Shown: positions 15,001 to 30,000 of the stretch, piece after piece | Numbering within the stretch: the stretch's first letter is position 1 | Layout: each line of letters opens with the position of its first letter | Source: Eledone cirrhosa | Lineage: Eukaryota | Length of the DNA: 64,000 nucleotides | Direction of reading: 5' to 3' | Assembly: GCA_964016885.1 (NCBI GenBank) | Contig: OZ024742.1 | Coordinates: 343,108,001 to 343,172,000, forward strand | Translations under genes and position numbers: made by a program | Notes under the pieces: model-generated | Database searches by the model: none | Told to the model about the DNA's origin: nothing | What the model saw: only the letters and a program-made list of their open reading frames with translations

Positions 15001-18000
15001 GTGATCTCCAGTGGTATGAAGTATGTGATCTCCAGTGGTATGAAGTATGTGAACTCCAGTGGTATGAAGTATGTAATCTCCAGTGGTATGAAGTATGTGA
15101 TTGTGGTATGAAGTATGTGATCTCCAGTAGTATGAAGTATTTCAGCTCCACTGGTATGAAGTATGTCAGCTCCAGTGGTATGAAGTATGTGATCTATAGT
15201 GGTATGAAGTATGTGATCTCCAGTGGTATGAAGTATGTGATCTCCTGTGGTATGAAGTATGTGATCTACAGTGGTATGAAGTATGTGATATCCTGTGGTA
15301 TGAAGTATGTGATCTCCAGTGGTATGAAGTATGTGATCTCCAGTGGTATGAAGTATGTCATCTCCAGTGGTATGAAGTATGTGATCTCCAGTGGTATGAA
15401 GTATGTCATCTCCAGTGGTATGAAGTATGTGATATCCAGTGGTATGAAGTATGTGATCTACAGTGGTATGAAGTATGTGATCTCCAGTGGTATGAAGTAT
15501 GTGATATCCAGTGGTATGAAGTATGTGATCTACAGTGGTATGAAGTATGTAATCTCCAGTGGTATGAAGTATGTCAGCTCCAGTGGTATGAAGTATGTGA
15601 TCTCCTGTGGTATGAAGTATGTGATCTCCAGTGGTATGAAGTATGTCAGCTCCAGTGGTATGAAGTATGTGATCTCCAGTGGTATGAAGTATGTGATATC
15701 CAGTGGTATGAAGTATGTCAGCTCCAGTGGTATGAAGTAGGTGATCTCCTGTGGTATGAAGTATGTGATCTACAGTGGTATGAAGTATGTGATCTCCAGT
15801 GGTATGAAGTATGTGATCTACAGTGGTATGAAGTATGTAATCTCCAGTGCTATGAAGTATGTGATCTCCAGTGGTATGAAGTATGTGATCTACAGTGGTA
15901 TGAAGTATGTGATCTCCAGTGGTATGAAGTATGTCAGCTCCAGTGGTATGAAGTATGTGATCTCCTCTGGTATGAAGTATGTGATCTACAGTGGTATGAA
16001 GTATGTGATCTCCAGTGGTATGAAGTATGTGATCTACAGTGGAATGAAGTATGTAATCTCCAGTGGTATGAAGTATGTGATCTACAGTGGTATGAATTAT
16101 GTGATCTCCAGTGGTATGAAGTATGTGATCTACAGTGGTATGAAGTATGTGATCTCCTGTGGTATGAAGTATGTAATCTCCAGTGGTATGAAGTATGTGA
16201 TCTACAGTGGTATGAAGTATGTGATCTCCAGTGGTATGAAGTATGTCAGCTCCAGTGGTATGAAGTATGTGATCTCCTGTGGTATGAAGTATGTGATCTA
16301 CAGTGGTATGAAGTATGTGATCTCCAGTGGTATGAAGTATGTGATCTACAGTGGTATGATGTATGTGATCTCCAGTGGTATGAAGTATGTTAGCTCCAGT
16401 GCTATGAAGTGTGTGATCTACAGTGGTATGAAGTATGTGATCTACAGTGGTATGAAGTATGTAATCTCCAGTGGTATGAAGTATGTGATCTACAGTGGTA
16501 TGAAGTATGTGATTTACAGTGGTATGAACTATGTGATCTACAGTGGTATGAAGTATGTGATCTCCTGTGGTATGAAGTATGTGATCTACAGTGGTATGAA
16601 GTATGTGATATCCTGTGGTATGAAGTATGTGATCTCCAGTGGTATGAAGTATGTCAGCTCCAGTGGTATGAAGTATGTGATCTCCTGTGGTATGAAGTAT
16701 GTGATCTACAGTGGTATGAAGTATGTGATCTCCAGTGGTATGAAGTATGTGATCTACAGTGGTATGAAGTATGTGATATCCTGTGGTATGAAGTATGGGA
16801 TCTCCAGTGGTATGAAGTAAGTCAGCTCCAGTGGTATGAAGTATGTGATCTCCAGTGGTATGAAGTATGTGATAGACAGTGGTATGAAGTATGTGATCTC
16901 CTGTGGTATGAAGTATGTGATCTACAGTGGTATGAAGTATGTTAGCTCCTGTGGTATGAAGTATGTGATCTCCAGTGGTATGAAGTATGTGATCTAAAGT
17001 GGTATGAAGTATGTGATCTACAGTGGTATGAAGTATGTGATCTACAGTGGTATGAAGTATGTGATCTACAGTGGTATGAAGTATGTGATATCCTGTGGTA
17101 TGAAGTATGTGATATCCTGTGGTATGAAGTATGTGATCTCCAGTGGTATGAAGTATGTCAGCTCCAGTGGTATGAAGTATGTGATCTCCAGTGGTATGAA
17201 GTATGTGATCTACAGTGGTATGAATTATGTGATCTCCTGTGGTATGAAGTATGTGATCTACAGTGGTATGAAGTATGTTAGCTCCTGTGGTATGATGTAT
17301 GTGATCTCCAGTGGTATGAAGTATGTGATCTCCAGTGGTATGAAGTATGTGATCTACAGTGGTATGAAGTATGTGATCTACAGCGGTATGAAGTATGTGA
17401 TCTACAGTGGTATGAAGTATGTGATATCCTGTGGTATGAAGTATGTGATATCCTGTGGTATGAAGTATGTGATCTCCAGTGGTATGAAGTATGTGATCGC
17501 CAGTGGTATGAAGTATGTGATCTCCAGTGGTATGAAGTATGTGATATCCTGTGGTATGAAGTATGTGATCTCCATTGGTATGAAGTATGTGATCTCCAGT
17601 GGTATGGAGTATGTGATCTCCAGTGGTATGAAGTATGTGATCTACAGTGGTATGAAGTATGTGATCTCCAGTAGTATGAAGTACGTCAGCTCCAGTGGTA
17701 TGAAGTATGTAATCTCCAGTGGTATGATGTACGTCAACTCCAGTGGTATGAAGTATGTGATCTCCAGTGGTATGAAGTATGTGATCTCCAGTGGTATGAA
17801 GTATGTGATCTCCAGTGGTATGAAGTATGTGATCTCCAGTGGTATGAAGTATGTCAGCTCCAGTGGTATGAAGTATGTGATATCCTGTGGTATGAAGTAT
17901 GTGATCTACAGTGGTATGAAGTATGTGATCTACAGTGGTATGAAGTATGTGATCTCCAGTGGTATGAAGTATGTGATCTCCAGTGGTATGAAGCATGTGA

Positions 18001-21000
18001 TCTACAGTGGTATGAAGTATGTGATATCCCGTGGTATGAAGTATGTGATCTCCAGTGGTATGAAGTATGTGATCTCCAGTGGTATGAAGTATGTGATCTC
18101 CAGTGGTATGAAGTATGTGATCTACAGTGGTATGAAGTATGTGATCTCCAGTGGTATGATGTATGTGATATCTTGTGGTATGTAGTATGTGATCTATAGT
18201 GGTATGAAGTATGTGATCTCCAGTGGTATGAAGTATGTGATCTCCAGTGGTATGAAGTATGTCAGCTCCAGTGGTATGAAATATGGGATCTACAGTGGTA
18301 TAAAGTATGTGATCTACAGTGGTACGAAGTATGTCAGCTCCAGTGGTATGAAGTATGTGATCTCCAGTGGTATGAAGTATGTGATCTCCAGTGGTATGAA
18401 GTATGTCAACTCCAGTGGTATGAAGTATGTGATCTCCTGTGGTATGAAGTATGTGATCTACAGTGGTATGAAGTATGTGATCTCCAGTGGTATGAAGTAT
18501 GTGATCTACAGTGGTATGAAGTATGTAATCTCCAGTGCTATGAAGTATGTGATCTCCAGTGGTATGAAGTATGTGATCTACAGTGGTATGAAGTATGTGA
18601 TCTCCAGTGGTATGAAGTATGTCAGCTCCAGTGGTATGAAGTATGTGATCTCCTCTGGTATGAAGTATGTGATCTACAGTGGTATGAAGTATGTGATCTC
18701 CAGTGGTATGAAGTATGTGATCTACAGTGGAATGAAGTATGTAATCTCCAGTGGTATGAAGTATGTGATCTACAGTGGTATGAAGTATGTGATCTCCAGT
18801 GGTATGAAGTATGTGATCTACAGTGGTATGAAGTATGTGATCTCCTGTGGTATGAAGTATGTAATCTCCAGTGGTATGAAGTATGTGATCTACAGTGGTA
18901 TGAAGTATGTGATCTCCAGTGGTATGAAGTATGTCAGCTCCAGTGGTATGAAGTATGTGATCTCCTGTGGTATGAAGTATGTGATCTACAGTGGTATGAA
19001 GTATGTGATCTCCAGTGGTATGAAGTATGTGATCTACAGTGGTATGATGTATGTGATCTCCAGTGGTATGAAGTATGTTAGCTCCAGTGCTATGAAGTGT
19101 GTGATCTACAGTGGTATGAAGTATGTGATCTACAGTGGTATGAAGTATGTAATCTCCAGTGGTATGAAGTATGTGATCTACAGTGGTATGAAGTATGTGA
19201 TTTACAGTGGTATGAACTATGTGATCTACAGTGGTATGAAGTATGTGATCTCCTGTGGTATGAAGTATGTGATCTACAGTGGTATGAAGTATGTGATCTC
19301 CAGTGGTCTGAAGTATGTGATCTACAGTGGTATGAAGTATGTGATATCCTGTGGTATGAAGTATGTGATCTCCAGTGGTATGAAGTATGTCAGCTCCAGT
19401 GGTATGAAGTATGTGATCTCCTGTGGTATGAAGTATGTGATCTACAGTGGTATGAAGTATGTGATCTCCAGTGGTATGAAGTATGTGATCTACAGTGGTA
19501 TGAAGTATGTGATATCCTGTGGTATGAAGTATGGGATCTCCAGTGGTATGAAGTAAGTCAGCTCCAGTGGTATGAAGTATGTGATCTCCAGTGGTATGAA
19601 GTATGTGATAGACAGTGGTATGAAGTATGTGATCTCCTGTGGTATGAAGTATGTGATCTACAGTGGTATGAAGTATGTTAGCTCCTGTGGTATGAAGTAT
19701 GTGATCTCCAGTGGTATGAAGTATGTGATCTAAAGTGGTATGAAGTATGTGATCTACAGTGGTATGAAGTATGTGATCTACAGTGGTATGAAGTATGTGA
19801 TCTACAGTGGTATGAAGTATGTGATATCCTGTGGTATGAAGTATGTGATATCCTGTGGTATGAAGTATGTGATCTCCAGTGGTATGAAGTATGTCAGCTC
19901 CAGTGGTATGAAGTATGTGATCTCCAGTGGTATGAAGTATGTGATCTACAGTGGTATGAATTATGTGATCTCCTGTGGTATGAAGTATGTGATCTACAGT
20001 GGTATGAAGTATGTTAGCTCCTGTGGTATGATGTATGTGATCTCCAGTGGTATGAAGTATGTGATCTCCAGTGGTATGAAGTATGTGATCTACAGTGGTA
20101 TGAAGTATGTGATCTACAGCGGTATGAAGTATGTGATCTACAGTGGTATGAAGTATGTGATATCCTGTGGTATGAAGTATGTGATATCCTGTGGTATGAA
20201 GTATGTGATCTCCAGTGGTATGAAGTATGTGATCGCCAGTGGTATGAAGTATGTGATCTCCAGTGGTATGAAGTATGTGATATCCTGTGGTATGAAGTAT
20301 GTGATCTCCATTGGTATGAAGTATGTGATCTCCAGTGGTATGGAGTATGTGATCTCCAGTGGTATGAAGTATGTGATCTACAGTGGTATGAAGTATGTGA
20401 TCTCCAGTAGTATGAAGTACGTCAGCTCCAGTGGTATGAAGTATGTAATCTCCAGTGGTATGATGTACGTCAACTCCAGTGGTATGAAGTATGTGATCTC
20501 CAGTGGTATGAAGTATGTGATCTCCAGTGGTATGAAGTATGTGATCTCCAGTGGTATGAAGTATGTGATCTCCAGTGGTATGAAGTATGTCAGCTCCAGT
20601 GGTATGAAGTATGTGATATCCTGTGGTATGAAGTATGTGATCTACAGTGGTATGAAGTATGTGATCTACAGTGGTATGAAGTATGTGATCTCCAGTGGTA
20701 TGAAGTATGTGATCTCCAGTGGTATGAAGCATGTGATCTACAGTGGTATGAAGTATGTGATATCCCGTGGTATGAAGTATGTGATCTCCAGTGGTATGAA
20801 GTATGTGATCTCCAGTGGTATGAAGTATGTGATCTCCAGTGGTATGAAGTATGTGATCTACAGTGGTATGAAGTATGTGATCTCCAGTGGTATGATGTAT
20901 GTGATATCCTGTGGTATGAAGTATGTGATCTATAGTGGTATGAAGTATGTGATCTCCAGTGGTATGAAGTATGTGATCTCCAGTGGTATGAAGTATGTCA

Positions 21001-24000
21001 GCTCCAGTGGTATGAAATATGGGATCTACAGTGGTATAAAGTATGTGATCTACAGTGGTACGAAGTATGTCAGCTCCAGTGGTATGAAGTATGTGATCTC
21101 CAGTGGTATGAAGTATGTGATCTCCAGTGGTATGAAGTATGTCAACTCCAGTGGTATGAAGTATGTGATCTCCAGTGGTATGAAGTATGTCAGCTCCAGT
21201 GGTATGAAGTATGTGATCTCCAGTGGTATGAAGTATGTGATCTCCTGTGGTATGAAGTATGTGATCTCCAGTTGTATGAAGTATGTGATCTCCAGTGGTA
21301 TGAAGTATGTGATCTCCAGTGGTATGAAGTATGTGATCTACAGTGGTATGAAGTATGTGATATCCTGTGGTATGAAGTATGTGATCTACAGTGGTATGAA
21401 GTATGTGATCTCCAGTGGTATGAAGTATGTGATCTACAGTGGTATGAAGTATGTGATCTCCAGTGGTATGAAGTATGTGATAACCTGTGGTATGAAGTAT
21501 GTGATATCCTGTGGTATGAAGTATGTGATCTACAGTGGTATGAAGTATGTGATGTCCAGTGGTATGAAGTATGTGATAACCTGTGGTATGAAGTATGTGA
21601 TATCCTGTGGTATGAAGTATGTGATCTACAGTGGTATGCAGTATGTGATCTCCAGTGGTATGAAGTATGTGATATCCTGTGGTATGAAGTATGTGATATC
21701 CAGTGGTATGAAGTATGTGATCTACAGTGTTATGAAGTATGTGATCTACAGTGGTATGAAGTATGTGATCTACAGTGGTATGAAGTATGTGATCTCCAGT
21801 GGTATGAAGTATGTGATCTACAGTGGTATGAAGTATGTAATCTCCAGTGCTATGAAGTATGTGATCTCCAGTGGTATGAAGTATGTGATCTACAGTGGTA
21901 TGAAGTATGTGATCTCCAGTGGTATGAAGTATGTCAGCTCCAGTGGTATGAAGTATGTGATCTCCTCTGGTATGAAGTATGTGATCTACAGTGGTATGTA
22001 GTATGTGATCTCCAGTGGTATGAAGTATGTGATCTACAGTGGAATGAAGTATGTAATCTCCAGTGGTATGAAGTATGTGATCTACAGTGGTATGAAGTAT
22101 GTGATCTCCAGTGGTATGAAGTATGTGATCTACAGTGGTATGAAGTATGTGATCTCCTGTGGTATGAAGTATGTAATCTCCAGTGGTATGAAGTATGTTA
22201 TCTACAGTGGTATGAAGTATGTGATCTCCAGTGGTATGAAGTATGTCAGCTCCAGTGGTATGAAGTATGTGATCTCCTGTGGTATGAAGTATGTGATCTA
22301 CAGTGGTATGAAGTATGTGATCTCCAGTGGTATGAAGTATGTGATCTACAGTGGTATGATGTATGTGATCTCCAGTGGTATGAAGTATGTTAGCTCCAGT
22401 GCTATGAAGTGTGTGATCTACAGTGGTATGAAGTATGTGATCTACAGTGGTATGAAGTATGTAATCTCCAGTGGTATGAAGTATGTGATCTACAGTGGTA
22501 TGAAGTATGTGATTTACAGTGGTATGAACTATGTGATCTACAGTGGTATGAAGTATGTGATCTCCTGTGGTATGAAGTATGTGATCTACAGTGGTATGAA
22601 GTATGTGATCTCCAGTGGTCTGAAGTATGTGATCTACAGTGGTATGAAGTATGTGATATCCTGTGGTATGAAGTATGTGATCTCCAGTGGTATGAAGTAT
22701 GTCAGCTCCAGTGGTATGAAGTATGTGATCTCCTGTGGTATGAAGTATGTGATCTACAGTGGTATGAAGTAAGTCAGCTCCAGTGGTATGAAGTATGTGA
22801 TCTCCAGTGGTATGAAGTATGTGATAGACAGTGGTATGAAGTATGTGATCTCCTGTGGTATGAAGTATGTGATCTACAGTGGTATGAAGTATGTTAGCTC
22901 CTGTGGTATGAAGTATGTGATCTCCAGTGGTATGAAGTATGTGATCTAAAGTGGTATGAAGTATGTGATCTACAGTGGTATGAAGTTTGTGATCTACAGT
23001 GGTATGAAGTATGTGATCTACAGTGGTATGAAGTATGTGATATCCTGTGGTATGAAGTATGTGATATCCTGTGGTATGAAGTATGTGATCTCCAGTGGTA
23101 TGAAGTATGTGATCTACAGTGGTATGAAGTATGTGATCTCCAGTGGTATGAAGTATGTGATCTACAGTGGTATGAATTATGTGATCTCCTGTGGTATGAA
23201 GTATGTGATCTACAGTGGTATGAAGTATGTTAGCTCCTGTGGTATGATGTATGTGATCTCCAGTGGTATGAAGTATGTGATCTCTAGTGGTATGAAGTAT
23301 GTGATCTACAGTGGTATGAAGTATGTGATCTACAGCGGTATGAAGTATGTGATCTACAGTGGTATGAAGTATGTGATATCCTGTGGTATGAAGTATGTGA
23401 TATCCTGTGGTATGAAGTATGTGATCTCCAGTGGTATGAAGTATGTGATCGCCAGTGGTATGAAGTATGTGATCTCCAGTGGTATGAAGTATGTGATATC
23501 CTGTGGTATGAAGTATGTGATCTCCATTGGTATGAAGTATGTGATCTCCAGTGGTATGGAGTATGTGATCTCCAGTGGTATGAAGTATGTGATCTACAGT
23601 GGTATGAAGTATGTGATCTCCAGTAGTATGAAGTACGTCAGCTCCAGTGGTATGAAGTATGTAATCTCCAGTGGTATGATGTACGTCAACTCCAGTGGTA
23701 TGAAGTATGTGATCTCCAGTGGTATGAAGTATGTGATCTCCAGTGGTATGAAGTATGTGATCTCCAGTGGTATGAAGTATGTGATCTCCAGTGGTATGAA
23801 GTATGTCAGCTCCAGTGGTATGAAGTATGTGATATCCTGTGGTATGAAGTATGTGATCTACAGTGGTATGAAGTATGTGATCTACAGTGGTATGAAGTAT
23901 GTGATCTCCAGTGGTATGAAGTATGTGATCTCCAGTGGTATGAAGCATGTGATCTACAGTGGTATGAAGTATGTGATATCCCGTGGTATGAAGTATGTGA

Positions 24001-27000
24001 TCTCCAGTGGTATGAAGTATGTGATCTCCAGTGGTATGAAGTATGTGATCTCCAGTGGTATGAAGTATGTGATCTACAGTGGTATGAAGTATGTGATCTC
24101 CAGTGGTATGATGTATGTGATATCCTGTGGTATGAAGTATGTGATCTATAGTGGTATGAAGTATGTGATCTCCAGTGGTATGAAGTATGTGATCTCCAGT
24201 GGTATGAAGTATGTCAGCTCCAGTGGTATGAAATATGGGATCTACAGTGGTATAAAGTATGTGATCTACAGTGGTACGAAGTATGTCAGCTCCAGTGGTA
24301 TGAAGTATGTGATCTCCAGTGGTATGAAGTATGTGATCTCCAGTGGTATGAAGTATGTCAACTCCAGTGGTATGAAGTATGTGATCTCCAGTGGTATGAA
24401 GTATGTCAGCTCCAGTGGTATGAAGTATGTGATCTCCAGTGGTATGAAGTATGTGATCTCCTGTGGTATGAAGTATGTGATCTCCAGTTGTATGAAGTAT
24501 GTGATCTCCAGTGGTATGAAGTATGTGATCTCCAGTGGTATGAAGTATGTGATCTACAGTGGTATGAAGTATGTGATATCCTGTGGTATGAAGTATGTGA
24601 TCTACAGTGGTATGAAGTATGTGATCTCCAGTGGTATGAAGTATGTGATCTACAGTGGTATGAAGTATGTGATCTCCAGTGGTATGAAGTATGTGATAAC
24701 CTGTGGTATGAAGTATGTGATATCCTGTGGTATGAAGTATGTGATCTACAGTGGTATGAAGTATGTGATGTCCAGTGGTATGAAGTATGTGATAACCTGT
24801 GGTATGAAGTATGTGATATCCTGTGGTATGAAGTATGTGATCTACAGTGGTATGCAGTATGTGATCTCCAGTGGTATGAAGTATGTGATATCCTGTGGTA
24901 TGAAGTATGTGATATCCAGTGGTATGAAGTATGTGATCTACAGTGTTATGAAGTATGTGATCTACAGTGGTATGAAGTATGTGATCTACCGTGGTATGAA
25001 GTATGTGATATCCTGTAGTATGAAGTATGTGATCTCCAGTGGTATGAAGTATGTGATCTACAGTGGTATGAAGTATGTAATCTCCAGTGGTATGAAGTAT
25101 GTGATCTACAGTGGTATGAAGTATGTAATCTCTAGCGGTATGAAGTATGTGATCTACAGTGGTATGAAGTATATGATCTACAGTGGTATGAAGTATGTGA
25201 TCTCCAGTGGTATGAAGTATGTAATCTACAGTGGTATGAAGTATGTGATCTCCAGTGGTATGAAGTATGTGATCTCCTGTGGTATGAAATATGTCAGCTC
25301 CAGTGGTATGAAGTATGTGATCTCCAGTGGTATCAAGTATGTGATCTCCAGTGGTATGAAATATGTGATCTACAGTGGTATGAAGTATGTGATCTCCAGT
25401 GGTATGAAGTATGTGATCTCCTGTGGTATGAAGTATGTGATCTCCAGTGGTATAAAGTATGTCAGCTCCAGTGGTATGAAGTATTGATCTCCAGTGGTAT
25501 GAAATATGTGATCTACAGTGGTATGAAGTATGTTAGCTCCAGTGGTATGAAGTATGTGATCTACAGTGGTATGAAGTATGTCAGCTCCAGTGGTATGAAG
25601 TATGTGATTTACAGTGGTATGAAGTATGTGATCTCCTGTGGTATGAAGTATGTGATCTACAGTGGTATGAAGTATGTGATCTACAGTGGTATGAAGTATG
25701 TGATCTACAGTGGTATGAAGTATGTGATCTACAGTGGTATGAAGTATGTGATCTACAGTGGTATGAAGTATGTCAGCTCCACTGGTATGAAGTATGTGAT
25801 CTACAGTGGTATGAAGTATGTGATCTACAGTGGTATGAAGTATGTGATCTCCAGTGGTATGAAGTATGTAATCTCCAGTGGTATGAAGTATGTGATCTCC
25901 AATGGTATGAAGTATGTGATCTCCAGTGGTATGAAGTATGTGATCTACAGTGGTATGAAGTATGTCAGCTCCAGTGGTATGAAGTATGTGATCTACAGTG
26001 GTATGAAGTATGTGATCTACAGTGGTATGAAGTATGTGATCTACAGTGGTATGAAGTATGTCAGCTCCAGTGGTATGAAGTATATGATCTACAGTGGTAT
26101 GAAGTATGTGATCTACAGTGGTATGAAGTATGTGATCTACAGTGGTATGAAGTATGTCAGCTCCAATGGTATGAAGTATGTGATCTACAGTGGTATGAAG
26201 TATGTAATCTACAGTGGTATGAAGTATGTGATCTCCAGTGGTATGAAGTATGTGATCTCCTGTGGTATGAAATATGTCAGCTCCAGTGGTATGAAGTATG
26301 TGATCTCCAGTGGTATGAAGTATGTGATCTCCAGTGGTATGAAATATGTGATCTACAGTGGTATGAAGTATGTGATCTCCAGTGGTATGAAGTATGTGAT
26401 CTCCAGTGGTATGAAATATGTGATCTCCAGTGGTATGAAGTATGTGATCTCCAGTGGTATGAAGTATGTCATATCCTGTGGTATGAAGTATGTGATCTCC
26501 AGTGGTATGAAGTATGTCAGCTCCAGTGGTATGAAGTATGTGATCTCCAGTGGTATGAAGTATGTGATCTCCAGTGGTATGAAATATGTGATCTACAGTG
26601 GTATGAAGTATGTTAGCTCCAGTGGTATGAAGTATGTGATCTACAGTGGTATGAAGTATGTGATCTCCTGTAGTATGAAGTATGTGATCTACAGTAGTAT
26701 GAAGTATGTGATCTCCAGTGGTATGAAGTATGTGATCTACAGTGGTATGAAGTATGTGCTCTACAGTGGTATGGAGTATGTGATCTCCAGTGGTATGAAG
26801 TATGTTAGCTCCAGTGGTATGAAGTGTGTGATCTACAGTGGTATGAAGTATGTGATCTACAGTGGTATGAAGTATGTAATCTCCAGTGGTATGAAGTATG
26901 TGATCTACAGTGGTATGAAGTATGTGATCTACAGTGGTATGAAGTATGTGATCTCCTGTGGTATGAAGTATGTGATCTACAGTGGTATGAAGTATGTGAT

Positions 27001-30000
27001 CTCCAGTGGTATGAAGTATGTGATCTACAGTGGTTTTAAGTATGTGATATCCTGTGGTATGAAGTATGTCAGCTCCAGTGGTATGAAGTATGTGATCTCC
27101 TGTGGTATGAAGTATGTGATCTACAGTGGTACGAAGTATGTGATCTCCAGTGGTATGAAGTATGTGATCTACAGTGGTATGAAGTATGTGATATCCTGTG
27201 GTATGAAGTATGTGATCTCCAGTGGTATGAAGTATGTCAGCTCCAGTGGTATGAAGTATGTGATCTCCAGTGGTATGAAGTATGTGATCTACAGTGGTAT
27301 GAAGTATGTGATCTCCTGTGGTATGAAGTATGTGATCTACAGTGGTATAAAGTATGTTAGCTCCTGTGGTATGAAGTATGTGATCTCCAGTGGTATGAAG
27401 TATGTGATCTACAATGGTATGAAGTATGTGATCTACAGTGGTATGAAGTATGTGATCTACAGTGGTATGAAGTATGTGATATCCTGTGGTATGAAGTATG
27501 TGATCTCCAGTGGTATGAAGTATGTCAGCTCCAGTGGTATGAAGTATGTGATCTCCAGTGGTATGAAGTATGTGATCTCCAGTGGTATGAAGTATGTCAG
27601 CTCGAGTGGTACGAAGTATGTGATCTCCAGTGGTATGAAGTATGTGATATCCAGTGGTATAAAGTATGTGATCTACAGTGGTATGAAGTATGTGATCTAC
27701 AGTGGTATGAAGTATGTGATATCCTGTGGTATGAAGTATGTGATATCCCGTGGTATGAAGTATGTGATCTCCAGTGGTATGAAGTATGTGATCTCCAGTG
27801 GTATGAAGTATGTGATCTACAGTGGTATGAAGTATGTGATCTCCAGTGGTATGATGTATGTGATATCCTGTGGTATGAAGTATGTGATCTATAGTGGTAT
27901 GAAGTATGTGATCTCCAGTGGTATGAAGTATGTGATCTCCAGTGGTATGAAGTATGTCAGCTCCAGTGGTATGAAATATGGGATCTACAGTGGTATAAAT
28001 ATGTGATCTACAGTGGTACGAAGTATGTCAGCTCCAGTGGTATGAAGTATGTGATCTCCAGTGGTATGAAGTATGTGATCTCCAGTGGTATGAAGTATGT
28101 CAGCTCCAGTGGTATGAAGTATGTGATCTCCAGTGGTATGAAGTATGTCAGCTCCAGTGGTATGAAGTATGTGATCTCCAGTGGTATGAAGTATGTGATC
28201 TCCTGTGGTATGAAGTATGTGATCTCCAGTTGTATGAAGTATGTGATCTCCAGTGGTATGAAGTATGTGATCTCCAGTGGTATGAAGTATGTGATCTACA
28301 GTGGTATGAAGTATGTGATATCCTGTGGTATGAAGTATGTGATCTACAGTGGTATGAAGTATGTGATCTCCTGTGGTATGAAGTATGTGATCTACAGTGG
28401 TATGAAGTATGTGATCTCCAGTGGTATGAAGTATGTGATAACCTGTGGTATGAAGTATGTGATATCCTGTGGTATGAAGTATGTGATCTACAGTGGTATG
28501 AAGTATGTGATGTCCAGTGGTATGAAGTATGTGATAACCTGTGGTATGAAGTATGTGATATCCTGTGGTATGAAGTATGTGATCTACAGTGGTATGATGT
28601 ATGTGATCTACAGTGTTATGAAGTATGTGATCTACAGTGGTATGAAGTATGTGATCTACAGTGGTATGATGTATGTGATATCCTGTAGTATGAAGTATGT
28701 GATCTCCAGTGGTATGAAGTATGTGATCTACAGTGGTATGAAGCATGTAATCTCCAGTGGTATGAAGTATGTGATCTACAGTGGTATGAAGTATGTAATC
28801 TCTAGTGGTATGAAGTATGTGATATCCAGTGGTATGAAGTATGTGATCTACAGTGGTATGAAGTATGTGATCTACAGTGGTATGAAGTATGTGATATCCT
28901 GTGGTATGAAGTATGTGATCTACAGTGGTATGAAGTATGTGATATCCTGTGGTATGAAGTATGTGATATCCTGTGGTATGAAGTATGTGATCTACAGTGG
29001 TATGAAGTATGTGATATCCTGTGGTATGAAGTATGTGATCTCCAGTGGTATGAAGTATGTGATATCCTGTGGTATGAAGTATGAGATATCCTGTGGTATG
29101 AAGTATGTGATCTACAGTGGTATGATGTATGTAATCTCCAGTGGTATGAAGTATGTGATCTACAGTGGTATGAAGTATGTAATCTCCAGTGGTATGAAGT
29201 ATGTGATCTCCAGTGGTATGAAGTATGTGATCTCCAGTGGTATGAAGTATGTGATCTCCAGTGGTTTGAAGTATGTGAACTCCAGTGGTATGAAGTATGT
29301 AATCTCCAGTGGTATGAAGTATGTGATTGTGGTATGAAGTATGTGATCTCCAGTAGTATGAAGTATTTCAGCTCCAGTGGTATGAAGTATTCAGCTCCAG
29401 TGGTATGAAGTATGTGATCTACAGTGGTATGAAGTATGTGATCTCCAGTGGTATGAAGTATGTGATCTCCTGTGGTATGAAGTATGTGATCTACAGTGGT
29501 ATGAAGTATGTGATATCCTGTGGTATGAAGTATGTGATCTCCAGTGGTATGAAGTATGTGATCTCAAGTGGTATGAAGTATGTCATCTCCAGTGGTATGA
29601 AGTATGTGATCTCCAGTGGTATGAAGTATGTGATCTCCAGTGGTATGAAGTATGTGATATCCAGTGGTATGAAGTATGTGATCTACAGTGGTATGAAGTA
29701 TGTGATCTCCAGTGGTATGAAGTATGTGATATCCAGTGGTATGAAGTATGTGATCTACAGTGGTATGAAGTATCTCAGCTCCAGTGGTATGAAGTATGTG
29801 ATCTCCTGTGGTATGAAGTATGTGATCTACAGTGGTATGAAGTATGTGATCTCCAGTGGTATGAAGTATGTGATCTACAGTGGTATGAAGTATGTGATCT
29901 CCTGTGGTATGAAGTATGTGATCTCCAGTGGTATGAAGTATGTCAGCTCCAGTGGTATGAAGTATGTGATCTCCAGTGGTATGAAGTATGTGATATCCAG

